From contig OZ253496.1 of the NCBI GenBank assembly GCA_965262115.1, positions 2,400,001 to 2,464,000 of the forward strand: a stretch of DNA of 64,000 nt, in the 5' to 3' direction. The first letter of the stretch is position 1. Each line of letters starts with the position of its first letter. The notes beneath the pieces were generated by a model. It searched no databases. It saw only the letters and a program-made list of their open reading frames with translations, and was not told the DNA's origin. Positions 37,824 to 46,706 of this stretch are shown here, piece after piece. Origin of the DNA: Nitrospinales bacterium. Its GTDB lineage: Bacteria > Nitrospinota > Nitrospinia > Nitrospinales > VA-1. Position numbers and translations under genes: made by a program.

Positions 37824-40800
37824 ATGGCGGATCCTGAAAAGTTCCGGTTTTCCATTGACCGGGGTGGAACGTTTACGGATATTTACGCCGAAACTCCTAA
37901 AGGCCCGAGAGTACTCAAACTCCTTTCAGAAAATCCGGACCATTATTCCGATGCGCCGCTTGAAGGCATTCAAAGAATCCTGCGTGAAGTGAAGGGAACC
38001 GGAGAGATCGACCGCGGTTGCATTGAGTGGGTTCGTATGGGGACCACTATTGCCACCAATGCGCTTCTGGAAAGGAAGGGCGCCCGTACCGCCCTCATCA
38101 TCACAAAGGGATTTGGCGATTTACTGCGCATCGGAAAACAAAACCGGTCGCATATTTTTGATCTGAAAATCACTAAGACCCAGCCGCTTTATGAAACGGT
38201 GGTGGAAATTGATGAGCGTGTCCACCCGGTTCAACAGCCTGCGAACTCTCAACAATCCGGGGTGGAAATATTGCGATCCCCGAATCGAGAAACTGTACGC
38301 CGACAACTTCAGGGCTTGCGCCAGCAGGGCATTGAAAGCCTTGCCATTGCCCTCATGCATGCTTGTATTTCCCCAGATCACGAACAATGGGTTGCTGAAG
38401 AAGCTGTAAAAATCGGGTTTCAAAATATTTCCCTTTCCAGCGCGGTCATGCCCAGGTCCAGGCTGGTGGACCGGGGCCACACCACCTGCCTCGATGCTTC
38501 CCTGAACCCGCATATCCAAAATTATTTGAAAAAATTTCGTGCCGGACTGGGTGAATGCGACCTGTTCCTTCTGCAATCAGATGGGGGACTTGTGGATGCC
38601 GACTCTTTTACCGGGAGCCGCGCCATTCTTTCCGGTCCGGCGGGCGGAGTGGTTGGCTATGCCCGGACAACGAAAAATGTGCCGGTGATCGGGTTTGATA
38701 TGGGCGGCACCTCCACCGATGTGTCCCGGTTTGACGGCAACTATGAATGGCAGTTTGAAAGCGAGGCGCAAGGCATTCCCAACCTTGTCCCTCAATTAAA
38801 CATCCATACCGTGGCGGCGGGAGGTGGCTCCAGATTGCTGTTTGAAAACGGCATGTTTCAGGTCGGCCCGTCGTCTTCGGGGTCTTGGCCCGGTCCCGCC
38901 TGTTATAGAAATGGAGGTCCGCTCTCTCTGACCGATGCCAACCTGGTTTTAGGAAGGCTCGTGCCAGAACATTTTCCCAGTGTGTTTGGAAAAAATGAAG
39001 ACCAGCCTTTATCGATCCCTGCGTCCAGAAAAGTTTTTGAGGAATTAATGGAGCGCATTCATTTCTTAACTGGCAAGAAACGATCAATGGAAGAAGCCGC
39101 CTATGGCTTTATAGAAGTTGCCAACGAAAACATGGCCCGGGCCATTCATGAAATCACTGTCTCACGGGGACACGATGTCCGCGATCATGTCCTATCTTGC
39201 TTTGGAGGAGCCGGAGGCCAGCATGCCTGCGCCATTGCCCGGACTCTCGGCATCTCCCGGATTTTCATCAGCCGTTTTGCCGGGGTACTCTCGGCTTATG
39301 GAATGGGACTGGCCGATGTCACCGTTGATAAAGAGGAACCGGTAATCCACGAAACCCAGGCCGGGTTGGAGCAAAAGCTCCAGGCTCTGGCAGATAAAGC
39401 GGTCGCCGAGCTCAAGCAGAAAGGGAGTTTTTCCATCAACGTCCAACGCTATTTGAACATGCGTTATGAAGGTTCTGATACGACCTTGATGGTGAGGGAG
39501 TCGAACGAGGAAAACTTTGCCGAATCGTTCAGCAAAATGCACCAGCAGGAGTTTGGTTTTAATCCATCGAATCGCAAAATCCGGGTGGAGGCGATCCGGG
39601 TCCGGGTGGAGGGGGAATCTCCGCCACCTGTCCAAACGCCACTTGCCAGAAAACCGGGCCGGCTGAATCCCATCATGCAAAAGGACTGCTACTTCGCCGA
39701 TGGCTGGCAGGAGACCCCCGTCCACGCTTTGGATTCGATCGGTGCGGGTCAATCGCTGGAAGGTCCGGCGATTCTCATTCAAGACACTTCAACCATTCTG
39801 ATAGAGCCTTCCTGTAAAGCTACCGTTACCAATTATGGCGATGTCGAAATAGAAGTGCAATTTCAGTCGGCACGTACGGTTGGGACGGAACTCGATGCGG
39901 TGCAATTGTCGCTGTTTGGGTCGCGGTTCATGTCCATTGCCGAGCAAATGGGCCGTGTCCTGCAGCGCACCGCTGTTTCCACAAACATTAAAGAACGATT
40001 GGATTTCTCCTGCGCCATCTTCGGTCCGGAGGGAGACCTTGTGGCCAACGCCCCGCACCAGCCGGTTCATCTTGGTTCGATGGGTGAAGCGGTTCGACAT
40101 CAGATCAGGTTAAACGGTCCTCCGATTACCGAGGGCGAAGTCTGGGTCACCAACCATCCTGCGACAGGAGGAAGCCACCTGCCGGATATCACGGTCATCA
40201 CTCCGGTTGTGAAAGAGGGAAAGCTGATCTTTTTTGTCGCCAGCCGTGGCCACCACGCCGATATCGGTGGCAGTACTCCCGGCTCCATGCCGCCATTTTC
40301 GAGGTCGCTGGATGAGGAGGGTGCCAGCATTAAAAGCTTCAAGCTGGTGGCGAACGGAGAGTTCCAGGAAAAAGGAATCACCGAGATATTGACCAGGGCG
40401 GGAACCCGGGCTCTGGCCGATAACCTGTCGGATCTGAAAGCACAGGTGTCCGCCAACCGACAAGGCATCACCCTTTTGAACGAATTGGTGCAAACACATT
40501 CACTAAAAGTAGTGCAGGCTTATATGGAGCACCTGCGCGACAACGCCGGGCAATCGGTGCGCGCTCTTTTAAAAAAGCTCGCCGGAAAAAACGAAAAACA
40601 CGTTCGCCTGCAGGCGGAAGATTTTATGGATGAAGGAAGCCGCATTGCTTTAACCATTAACATTGACACCGTTGTCGGGTCGGCGTGCTTTGATTTTACC
40701 GGTACTTCAAAAGAACTGCCGAATAATTTAAACACCCCGCGCGCGGTGACGCTGTCCGCCATTCTCTATTGCCTGCGTTGCCTGATCGACAGCGACATTC

Positions 40801-41432
40801 CTTTAAACCAGGGTTGTCTCGAACCCATTGAAGTGTTGATTCCATCGGATTCTCTGTTGGCGCCTTCCGACAAAGCGGCGGTGGCGGCGGGTAATGTATT
40901 AACATCCCAACGTATTACTGATGTCATTTTTAAAGCCTTCAAGGCTTGCGCCGCTTCACAAGGGTGCATGAATAACCTCACCTTTGGCAACGACCAGTTC
41001 GCCTACTACGAAACCATAGCAGGCGGCGCGGGTGCGGGACCGGGCTGGCACGGGCAGTCTGCCGTGCACACGCATATGACCAATACCCGCATCACCGATC
41101 CGGAAGTGCTGGAACAACGTTACCCAGTTCTCCTGCGCGAGTTTTCCATCCGCAAAGGCTCGGGAGGACGAGGAAAGTTCAACGGCGGTGATGGAGTGAT
41201 CCGCGAAATCGAGTTTCTCGTTCCACTGAAAGTGGCTGTGCTCTCAGAGCGCAGGGTCTACGCTCCCTATGGACTGGACGGTGGAGAACCTGGAGCAAAG
41301 GGCAAAAACCTGCTGATCAAAAAGGATGGTTCCATCCACAATGTAGGGGGCAAATGCCAACTCGATGTCCAACCCGGTGACCGATTGCGCATCCTCACCC
41401 CTGGCGGCGGTGCTTGGCGCACGGCCGGCTAG
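37824..41432 (+). CDS. ATP-dependent 5-oxoprolinase / fused hydantoinase A+B
   Basis: [56 protein letters not shown]. Confidence 0.92.
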   Translation: MADPEKFRFSIDRGGTFTDIYAETPKGPRVLKLLSENPDHYSDAPLEGIQRILREVKGTGEIDRGCIEWVRMGTTIATNALLERKGARTALIITKGFGDLLRIGKQNRSHIFDLKITKTQPLYETVVEIDERVHPVQQPANSQQSGVEILRSPNRETVRRQLQGLRQQGIESLAIALMHACISPDHEQWVAEEAVKIGFQNISLSSAVMPRSRLVDRGHTTCLDASLNPHIQNYLKKFRAGLGECDLFLLQSDGGLVDADSFTGSRAILSGPAGGVVGYARTTKNVPVIGFDMGGTSTDVSRFDGNYEWQFESEAQGIPNLVPQLNIHTVAAGGGSRLLFENGMFQVGPSSSGSWPGPACYRNGGPLSLTDANLVLGRLVPEHFPSVFGKNEDQPLSIPASRKVFEELMERIHFLTGKKRSMEEAAYGFIEVANENMARAIHEITVSRGHDVRDHVLSCFGGAGGQHACAIARTLGISRIFISRFAGVLSAYGMGLADVTVDKEEPVIHETQAGLEQKLQALADKAVAELKQKGSFSINVQRYLNMRYEGSDTTLMVRESNEENFAESFSKMHQQEFGFNPSNRKIRVEAIRVRVEGESPPPVQTPLARKPGRLNPIMQKDCYFADGWQETPVHALDSIGAGQSLEGPAILIQDTSTILIEPSCKATVTNYGDVEIEVQFQSARTVGTELDAVQLSLFGSRFMSIAEQMGRVLQRTAVSTNIKERLDFSCAIFGPEGDLVANAPHQPVHLGSMGEAVRHQIRLNGPPITEGEVWVTNHPATGGSHLPDITVITPVVKEGKLIFFVASRGHHADIGGSTPGSMPPFSRSLDEEGASIKSFKLVANGEFQEKGITEILTRAGTRALADNLSDLKAQVSANRQGITLLNELVQTHSLKVVQAYMEHLRDNAGQSVRALLKKLAGKNEKHVRLQAEDFMDEGSRIALTINIDTVVGSACFDFTGTSKELPNNLNTPRAVTLSAILYCLRCLIDSDIPLNQGCLEPIEVLIPSDSLLAPSDKAAVAAGNVLTSQRITDVIFKAFKACAASQGCMNNLTFGNDQFAYYETIAGGAGAGPGWHGQSAVHTHMTNTRITDPEVLEQRYPVLLREFSIRKGSGGRGKFNGGDGVIREIEFLVPLKVAVLSERRVYAPYGLDGGEPGAKGKNLLIKKDGSIHNVGGKCQLDVQPGDRLRILTPGGGAWRTAG

Positions 41433-41436
41433 CTCT

Positions 41437-42153
41437 TTACTTTTTGTTCTTCTGTTTCCAAAGGATGAGCCAGTGTTGCAGGAGTTTGATCGGTTGTGTG
41501 CCGCGAAATTTTCGGCGTTTGATTTTCGGGGTCTGGTCGTGTTGTAATTTTGCAATGACTGTGGCGCCGACCGCTTCTTCCAGCACCACACCGCGTTGAG
41601 CGTGTTCGAGTTTTTTTGATTCGCAGACGCCGCGAAACGCCACCACCATGCGGCAGTCCAGAGGTCGGTCTTCATACACTTCGCAGGCACCTTCTTCACT
41701 GAGAAACGGGCAGGGTTGATTGATGACCAGTCTATGCCAGTCCACCTGATCGATATTTTTCCCGGATTTAAGAACTTCGTCCACTTTGTTGATGGTTCGC
41801 TGCGAACGTTCGAGCACGGCGTTGAGGTCAACCCCGTTTTCCTCGGCGTTTTTCAGGATGCCGTCCCATTCCAACTGGGTGCAGGAAACTCCGGTATGAC
41901 AACAGTGGGAACATCCGCGATGACATTGCAGGGGTGGCACGCCTTCGTTGAAAACTTTTTTCAGGTGTTGCCAGAACACCCGAAGCGGCGATATTTTTTC
42001 GTCGTGGGCTTTCCCTTCAGAAAACTCAACCAGGTAATCGTAAGCTTCCTGGATCTGATGTTCGGAAAACTTATGCTTTAAGAAACCGCTCAGTTCATCG
42101 GTATTGGTCATACCGTAGATGAACATTCCATTTTTATCAGTTTGGAGAGACAC
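41437..42153 (-). CDS. YkgJ-family cysteine-cluster protein
   Basis: CHRGCSHCC, CPFL...C.VYEDRPLDCR. Confidence 0.82.
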   Translation of the reverse strand: MSLQTDKNGMFIYGMTNTDELSGFLKHKFSEHQIQEAYDYLVEFSEGKAHDEKISPLRVFWQHLKKVFNEGVPPLQCHRGCSHCCHTGVSCTQLEWDGILKNAEENGVDLNAVLERSQRTINKVDEVLKSGKNIDQVDWHRLVINQPCPFLSEEGACEVYEDRPLDCRMVVAFRGVCESKKLEHAQRGVVLEEAVGATVIAKLQHDQTPKIKRRKFRGTQPIKLLQHWLILWKQKNKK

Positions 42154-42155
42154 AG

Positions 42156-42551
42156 CTAAAGAGGGGGTTTATTTTTTGCTACAAACTTCATCTGCAGTTC
42201 ATAGATGAGTTGTTCCAGCAGTTTGCCTTCTTCTTCGTTAAGGTTGCCCTGGGTTTTCTCTTTCAGCATGATCAGCATGTCAATAGTTTGCTGCACGGCG
42301 GGCAGGTTGGTTTCGGTTTTCCCGGTTTCAGGGTCAGCGATGTCGCCGAGGTGATAAAAGGCCGATGAAGTCAGTGACATGATAAAAGTGGAAAAATCGA
42401 TCTTGAAGGGTTGCTGAGCTTGCCCCTGCGAAGGCTGGCCTTGCTGGGCCTCTGTCTTGGAATCCTGATCTAGCGCTTCGTCTTCGGAAAGTTGTGAAGA
42501 ACGGCTGTCTTTGAATACGAATCCTTCTCCTTCAATTTCTTCATCACTCAT
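42156..42551 (-). CDS. DUF1844 family protein
   Basis: IDFSTFIMSL...HLG...TIDML.ML.EKT.GNL. Confidence 0.85.
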   Translation of the reverse strand: MSDEEIEGEGFVFKDSRSSQLSEDEALDQDSKTEAQQGQPSQGQAQQPFKIDFSTFIMSLTSSAFYHLGDIADPETGKTETNLPAVQQTIDMLIMLKEKTQGNLNEEEGKLLEQLIYELQMKFVAKNKPPL

Positions 42552-42628
42552 GGCACACCTTCAAATTTGAGATTAGCTTCCAATAACCGGTAATTTTATT
42601 AGCTGTCTTCTTCTTCGCCCATCAGCAG

Positions 42629-42874
42629 GAGAGCTTTGCATAACCCGAGATTACCCCATCTACCCGTTCCGGGCATGAATTTAGCGGAGGGGATATCACA
42701 GGCTCATGAAGGTTAAGGAAGAATATCACGTCTTCGTCGCCTTGTTCCTCAGAATGACAAAATGGCCCAGTATTGTCATGCTGAGCTAGTGATATTTAAC
42801 CATTGCTTTCTTGCCCCGGAGGGGTATGTCGAAGCATCTCGCTTTTCTGGTTTTTCGACTTATGCAAAGGTCTC
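42629..42874 (-). mobile_element. MITE, copy 2 (128-bp core plus three micro-elements, two of them nested)
   Basis: TIRs GAGAGCTTTGCATAA / TTATGCAAAGGTCTC; perfect 9-bp TSD CATCAGCAG at 42620-42628 and 42875-42883. Confidence 0.92.
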
Positions 42875-43075
42875 CATCAGCAGGGGAACCGGGAAACCCA
42901 ATACGATCATGATCAATCCCAGCATGAGGGCGAGATAGCCTTTTCCCTCTATAAACTCCATATAGGTTTTTCCTGCCAGCGGCCATTGCAGGACGACCCC
43001 CACCACAACAAATACTGCACCCAGCACGAAAAGAAGTTTTTTCATCCAATTGGCATTTTGCTCATGGGTGTTCAA
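42860..43075 (-). CDS. Small two-TM membrane protein whose C-terminus is altered by the MITE
   Basis: Hydrophobic ORF ending LLM-ETFA inside the TIR; the apparent original tail GEEEDS-stop lies at 42598-42619. Confidence 0.75.
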   Translation of the reverse strand: MNTHEQNANWMKKLLFVLGAVFVVVGVVLQWPLAGKTYMEFIEGKGYLALMLGLIMIVLGFPVPLLMETFA

Positions 43076-43207
43076 TTTTCACCGGAGTGTGGGATTCTTC
43101 TTGTTGATTAACGGGCGGAGCATAACCCTTTCGGATGGTAGCAAAAGGCCCATTTTATGTCAAAATATTAGTCGCCTGTTGTTGTACCGTTCTGCTAAGA
43201 TTGACTC

Positions 43208-44065
43208 ATGAAACCTTATGTGTTGTTATTTATAGGTTTGCTGTTGGTCGGGTGTTCTCCCAGCCGCATGGCGCTTGAGGCCACATTGCCCCTTGTAGAG
43301 AGCCAGATTCTGGCCATGCAGGAGGAAAGGGACCCGGAACTTGCCGAACAGGCCATCCCGGCTAACTTGAAAATCCTCGAAGGACTCCTCAAACAGGACC
43401 CCGATAATACCTGGATACTGGAAAACCTCGCTGAAGGTTTTTGCGGTTACGCCTTCAGCTTTTTGGAAGATACAGAACCGGCACGCGCCTCTTCCTTATA
43501 TGAAAGGGGTAAGGATTATGCCCTGCGCGCGACTATTCTGAGGACAGGAAGGGAAAAATGGCAAGGCCTTTCTTTGGATGAGTGGTCCCGCGCGCTTAAT
43601 GAAGTGGATGTTTCACATCAGTCGGCTTTGTTCTGGATGGGACAATGCTGGGGAAGCTGGTTGATGCAGAATTTGGACTCGGTCGAGGCTTTTGCCGACA
43701 TTCCCCGTTTGGAAAACCTGATGGTGAAAGTCCATGATTTGGACCCCGCTTTTCATCACGCCGGACCACATTTGTTTCTCGGTGCTTTTTATGGTGGGCG
43801 GAGTAAAATGCTCGGTGGCAATCCAGAGAAATCCCGTCACCATTTTGAAAAGGCGCTGGAGTTAACCAACGACAAATATTTACTGGTGCGTTTGTTTTTT
43901 GCCAAAACCTATGCGGTGCAGAATCAGGATCGGAAATTGTTTGAATCGCAATTGCAGGCTGTTTTGCAGGCTCCCGTCGATCTTTTTCCCGAGCAGCGTC
44001 TCGCCAATCAAGTGGCCCGCCAAAAGGCCACTAAACTCTTAGGGCAAATTGATGAACTATTTTAA
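43208..44065 (+). CDS. TRAP transporter TatT-component family lipoprotein
   Basis: Lipobox LLVGC, DPELAEQAIPA.LK..EGLL, GGNPEKSR.HFEKA; upstream of a DctP gene. Confidence 0.8.
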   Translation: MKPYVLLFIGLLLVGCSPSRMALEATLPLVESQILAMQEERDPELAEQAIPANLKILEGLLKQDPDNTWILENLAEGFCGYAFSFLEDTEPARASSLYERGKDYALRATILRTGREKWQGLSLDEWSRALNEVDVSHQSALFWMGQCWGSWLMQNLDSVEAFADIPRLENLMVKVHDLDPAFHHAGPHLFLGAFYGGRSKMLGGNPEKSRHHFEKALELTNDKYLLVRLFFAKTYAVQNQDRKLFESQLQAVLQAPVDLFPEQRLANQVARQKATKLLGQIDELF

Positions 44066-45275
44066 GAGGGTCTTTATATATTCGGTGACTTTCTCTAAGG
44101 CAACTCGCAGGCCCTTATTTTATAAGGGCTGCTTACCACAGGGGTCAATAGCAAGGGCGAATAGAGTCGAGATAACCCACTGGTCGCCAGCAGAGTTATT
44201 GCCCGTTGCCTCCCCTGCAAGGGGCTCATGGCCAGAAGCAATTTTTAGAGGTGCCCTTAACTCCACCACCTGCGCCCTGATTGTGCTGTTGTTGACCGTT
44301 GCCGGGGCGAGCCCGGCCGAAGCCGATAAAAAACATATCATCAAGTTTGCCACGCTGGCTCCCGAAGGCTCTTCGTGGATGAAGTCCATGCGCAGGCTTT
44401 CTGACAAAATCAAAAAAGCCACCGACGGCAATGTGGCGTTTCGGTTCTATCCCGGCGGTGTGTCTGGCGATGAAAAGGACGTGATTCGTAAAATGAGGAT
44501 AGGTCAGTTGCACGGTGCTGGCTTTACCGGAGTAGGGCTTGGAGAGATTTTGCCGGAGGTGAGGGTTCTCGATCTTCCTTTCCTGTTCGATAACGATGAA
44601 GAAATCCAGTACGTATACAGCAAAATGAATGCCTACTTTAAAGGTCGGTATGAAGAGAAGGGCTATGTGTTGTTGGGTTGGGTCCCGGTAGGGTGGGTGC
44701 ATTTTTTTTCCCAGAAACCCATTCGTTCGGTGGATGATCTGCGTCAATCCAAACCCTGGATGTGGGAGGGCGATCCGCTGGTGGAACAGGCTTATAGAGG
44801 ACTGGGCGTCCAACCGATTCCCCTTTCCATCACGGATGTCATGCTCTCTTTGCAAACGGGCATGGTGAATACAGTTTATTCGTCAACGCAAGGGGCTTTG
44901 GCTTTGCAATGGTTCACCAAAGTGAAGTATGTTACGCGATTGAAGATGGGCTACGCGACCGGCGGAGTTTTGATCTCTAAAAAGAAATTCGATAAGCTAC
45001 CCAGGCCTTATCAGGAAGCGGTGAAAAAAATCGGTGCCGAGTGCCTGCAGGAACTGGTCGAACTCATCCAGAAGGACAACCTGAAAGCACACAAGGTTCT
45101 AGAGAAGAACGATGTGAAATGGGTGGCGCTTCCCGATGAAAAGGAAATGGGCCGGTTTCAGGAAGCAGGGGTTGCGGCACGAAAAAACCTGGCGGGAAAA
45201 TATTTCCCCTCCAAACTCCTCGATGAGGTTCTCGGCCACCTCAAAGATTTCCGGGCAACGCCCGGTGGTAAATAG
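44052..45275 (+). CDS. dctP: TRAP substrate-binding protein DctP/TatP with a 65-aa in-frame insertion at its N-terminus
   Basis: IKFATLAPEGSSW, FYPGGVSGDE, MRIGQLHG, LDLPFLF, LQTGMV. Confidence 0.88.
   Translation: MNYFKRVFIYSVTFSKATRRPLFYKGCLPQGSIARANRVEITHWSPAELLPVASPARGSWPEAIFRGALNSTTCALIVLLLTVAGASPAEADKKHIIKFATLAPEGSSWMKSMRRLSDKIKKATDGNVAFRFYPGGVSGDEKDVIRKMRIGQLHGAGFTGVGLGEILPEVRVLDLPFLFDNDEEIQYVYSKMNAYFKGRYEEKGYVLLGWVPVGWVHFFSQKPIRSVDDLRQSKPWMWEGDPLVEQAYRGLGVQPIPLSITDVMLSLQTGMVNTVYSSTQGALALQWFTKVKYVTRLKMGYATGGVLISKKKFDKLPRPYQEAVKKIGAECLQELVELIQKDNLKAHKVLEKNDVKWVALPDEKEMGRFQEAGVAARKNLAGKYFPSKLLDEVLGHLKDFRATPGGK
44066..44256. mobile_element. Putative 191-bp MITE flanked by TTAA duplications
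   Basis: TTAA at 44062-44065 and 44257-44260; weak TIR (10/17); internal hairpin; removal restores a normal signal peptide. Confidence 0.65.
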
Positions 45276-45393
45276 CCATCACGTTCTCTTGCGAATGGTG
45301 GTTATCTGGGTTTAAGAGGAGCTTGGTTGAACCGAGACAGCTTTTAGCTAGCCAGTGAAACATTGCTAGTTACCCGCCGAAGTACTTGGCTAG
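45272..45393 (+). repeat. Divergent CTAG-associated repeat
   Basis: GGTTGAACCGAGACAGCTTTT...GCCAGTGAAACATTGCT resembles 17315-17333 and the 16392-16491 copy; ends in the CTAG that holds the PPIase stop codon. Confidence 0.5.
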
Positions 45394-46415
45394 CGGAAGA
45401 AGGTTTCGATTTTTGCCTGTTTTCTCAGGTCTTCGATATAGACTTCCACCAGTTTTTTGGCTTCTTCCATGAACAGATATTTTTGGATGGTTTTTTCCAT
45501 TTCATCGAAAGGTGCCTGTTCAGAGGGGTATTTTTCAATGAGCTTGATGACGTGGAACCCGAACTGGGTTTCTACTTTTCCACTGATTTCACCAGGATTT
45601 AATTTTGAGACGGCTTCGTCAAAAGACGGATCAAAAATCCCTTTATAAATAACGTCCAGATCTCCCCCGCTTTCCCGGCTGGCTTCGTCGTCCGATTTTT
45701 TCTTTGCCAGTTCCTCAAAGTCCGCGCCTTCTTTAAGCTCTTTATGAATTTCGTCTATCCTTGCTTCCGCCTTTCGGGTCAGTTCTTGCTTTTTATTTTG
45801 CAGTTCCGCGACAGGGGTGGACTTCAATAGTTCTGGAGGGAAGATCGCAGCAAGAATGTGGTGAGCGCGATAAGATTCGGGGCGGTGGAATTTTTGCTTG
45901 TTGTCTTCATAGTATTTTTTAACGTCCGCGTCTGCAATGGTGATCTTGCCTTTGATTTGCTCGTTCAATAACTTCCGGGCATTGATATCCACGGTCATGG
46001 AATGTTTGAGATCCTCCAGAATGATGTTTCTTGCGCCCAGGGCTTTTTCAAATTCTTCATCGCTGGCATAAGGTTCGCGAAGGGCTGCCATCTCTTTTTC
46101 GATCAGGTCGGAGTCCACTTCCAGATTCTTTTTTTTGCCCTGTTGGTGGACCAGTTCCCGCACCACTTCTTTTTCTATCAGGTCTTTCACGATACTGGTT
46201 TTTTCGCGGGGGGTCAGCGGCCGTTTGACGTTTTTCAAAATTTGATTCAACCGGAACTCAATATATTTTGATTGGATTTCCACTGCATTGACCTTTGCCA
46301 CTATTTTGGGAATATTCAGCCTTTGTGGAGAAGATTGTGCGAACGCTTTTTCTGCCATCGGAAAAATAAAAGTGAATAGGGATAAGACAACTAAAAGGTA
46401 GAATCTGTTTTTCAT
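45390..46415 (-). CDS. Parvulin-type peptidyl-prolyl isomerase (SurA/PrsA-like)
   Basis: Signal peptide, RAHHIL, FEELAKKKSDD, GGDL, VETQFGFHVIK. Confidence 0.9.
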   Translation of the reverse strand: MKNRFYLLVVLSLFTFIFPMAEKAFAQSSPQRLNIPKIVAKVNAVEIQSKYIEFRLNQILKNVKRPLTPREKTSIVKDLIEKEVVRELVHQQGKKKNLEVDSDLIEKEMAALREPYASDEEFEKALGARNIILEDLKHSMTVDINARKLLNEQIKGKITIADADVKKYYEDNKQKFHRPESYRAHHILAAIFPPELLKSTPVAELQNKKQELTRKAEARIDEIHKELKEGADFEELAKKKSDDEASRESGGDLDVIYKGIFDPSFDEAVSKLNPGEISGKVETQFGFHVIKLIEKYPSEQAPFDEMEKTIQKYLFMEEAKKLVEVYIEDLRKQAKIETFFR

Positions 46416-46449
46416 GGTTTCGTCAAAGGGTAAAAGGTGTAATTGGAAC

Positions 46450-46606
46450 AGGGCAATAGCTGGTTGAGTTGCTAAAATTACTGGCTTGCCAGAGAAAGTG
46501 AGTGCTCAGTTTACCCCTACGGGGCATGAAATTAATGATGGAGATATCACAGCCTCCGCGTGTGAAATTCTTACTTAATTTTTATACCCCGTAGGGGTAG
46601 TAGTGG
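46450..46606. repeat. CTAG-family repeat carrying two convergent micro-elements (46512-46550 +, 46562-46599 -)
   Basis: Removing both inserts gives AGTTGCCTCCGCGGTAGTG, matching the family end AGT(T/C)GCC(G/T)CCACGGCTAGTG. Confidence 0.8.
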
Positions 46607-46706
46607 GCCGGGGATTGAGAGGAGAATAACACTCATGAAATCATGTTGCAATACCTGTCCCTTAAATTGACGGATCGGTGAGGCTGTGGGAAAATCGCCC
46701 CTTCTT

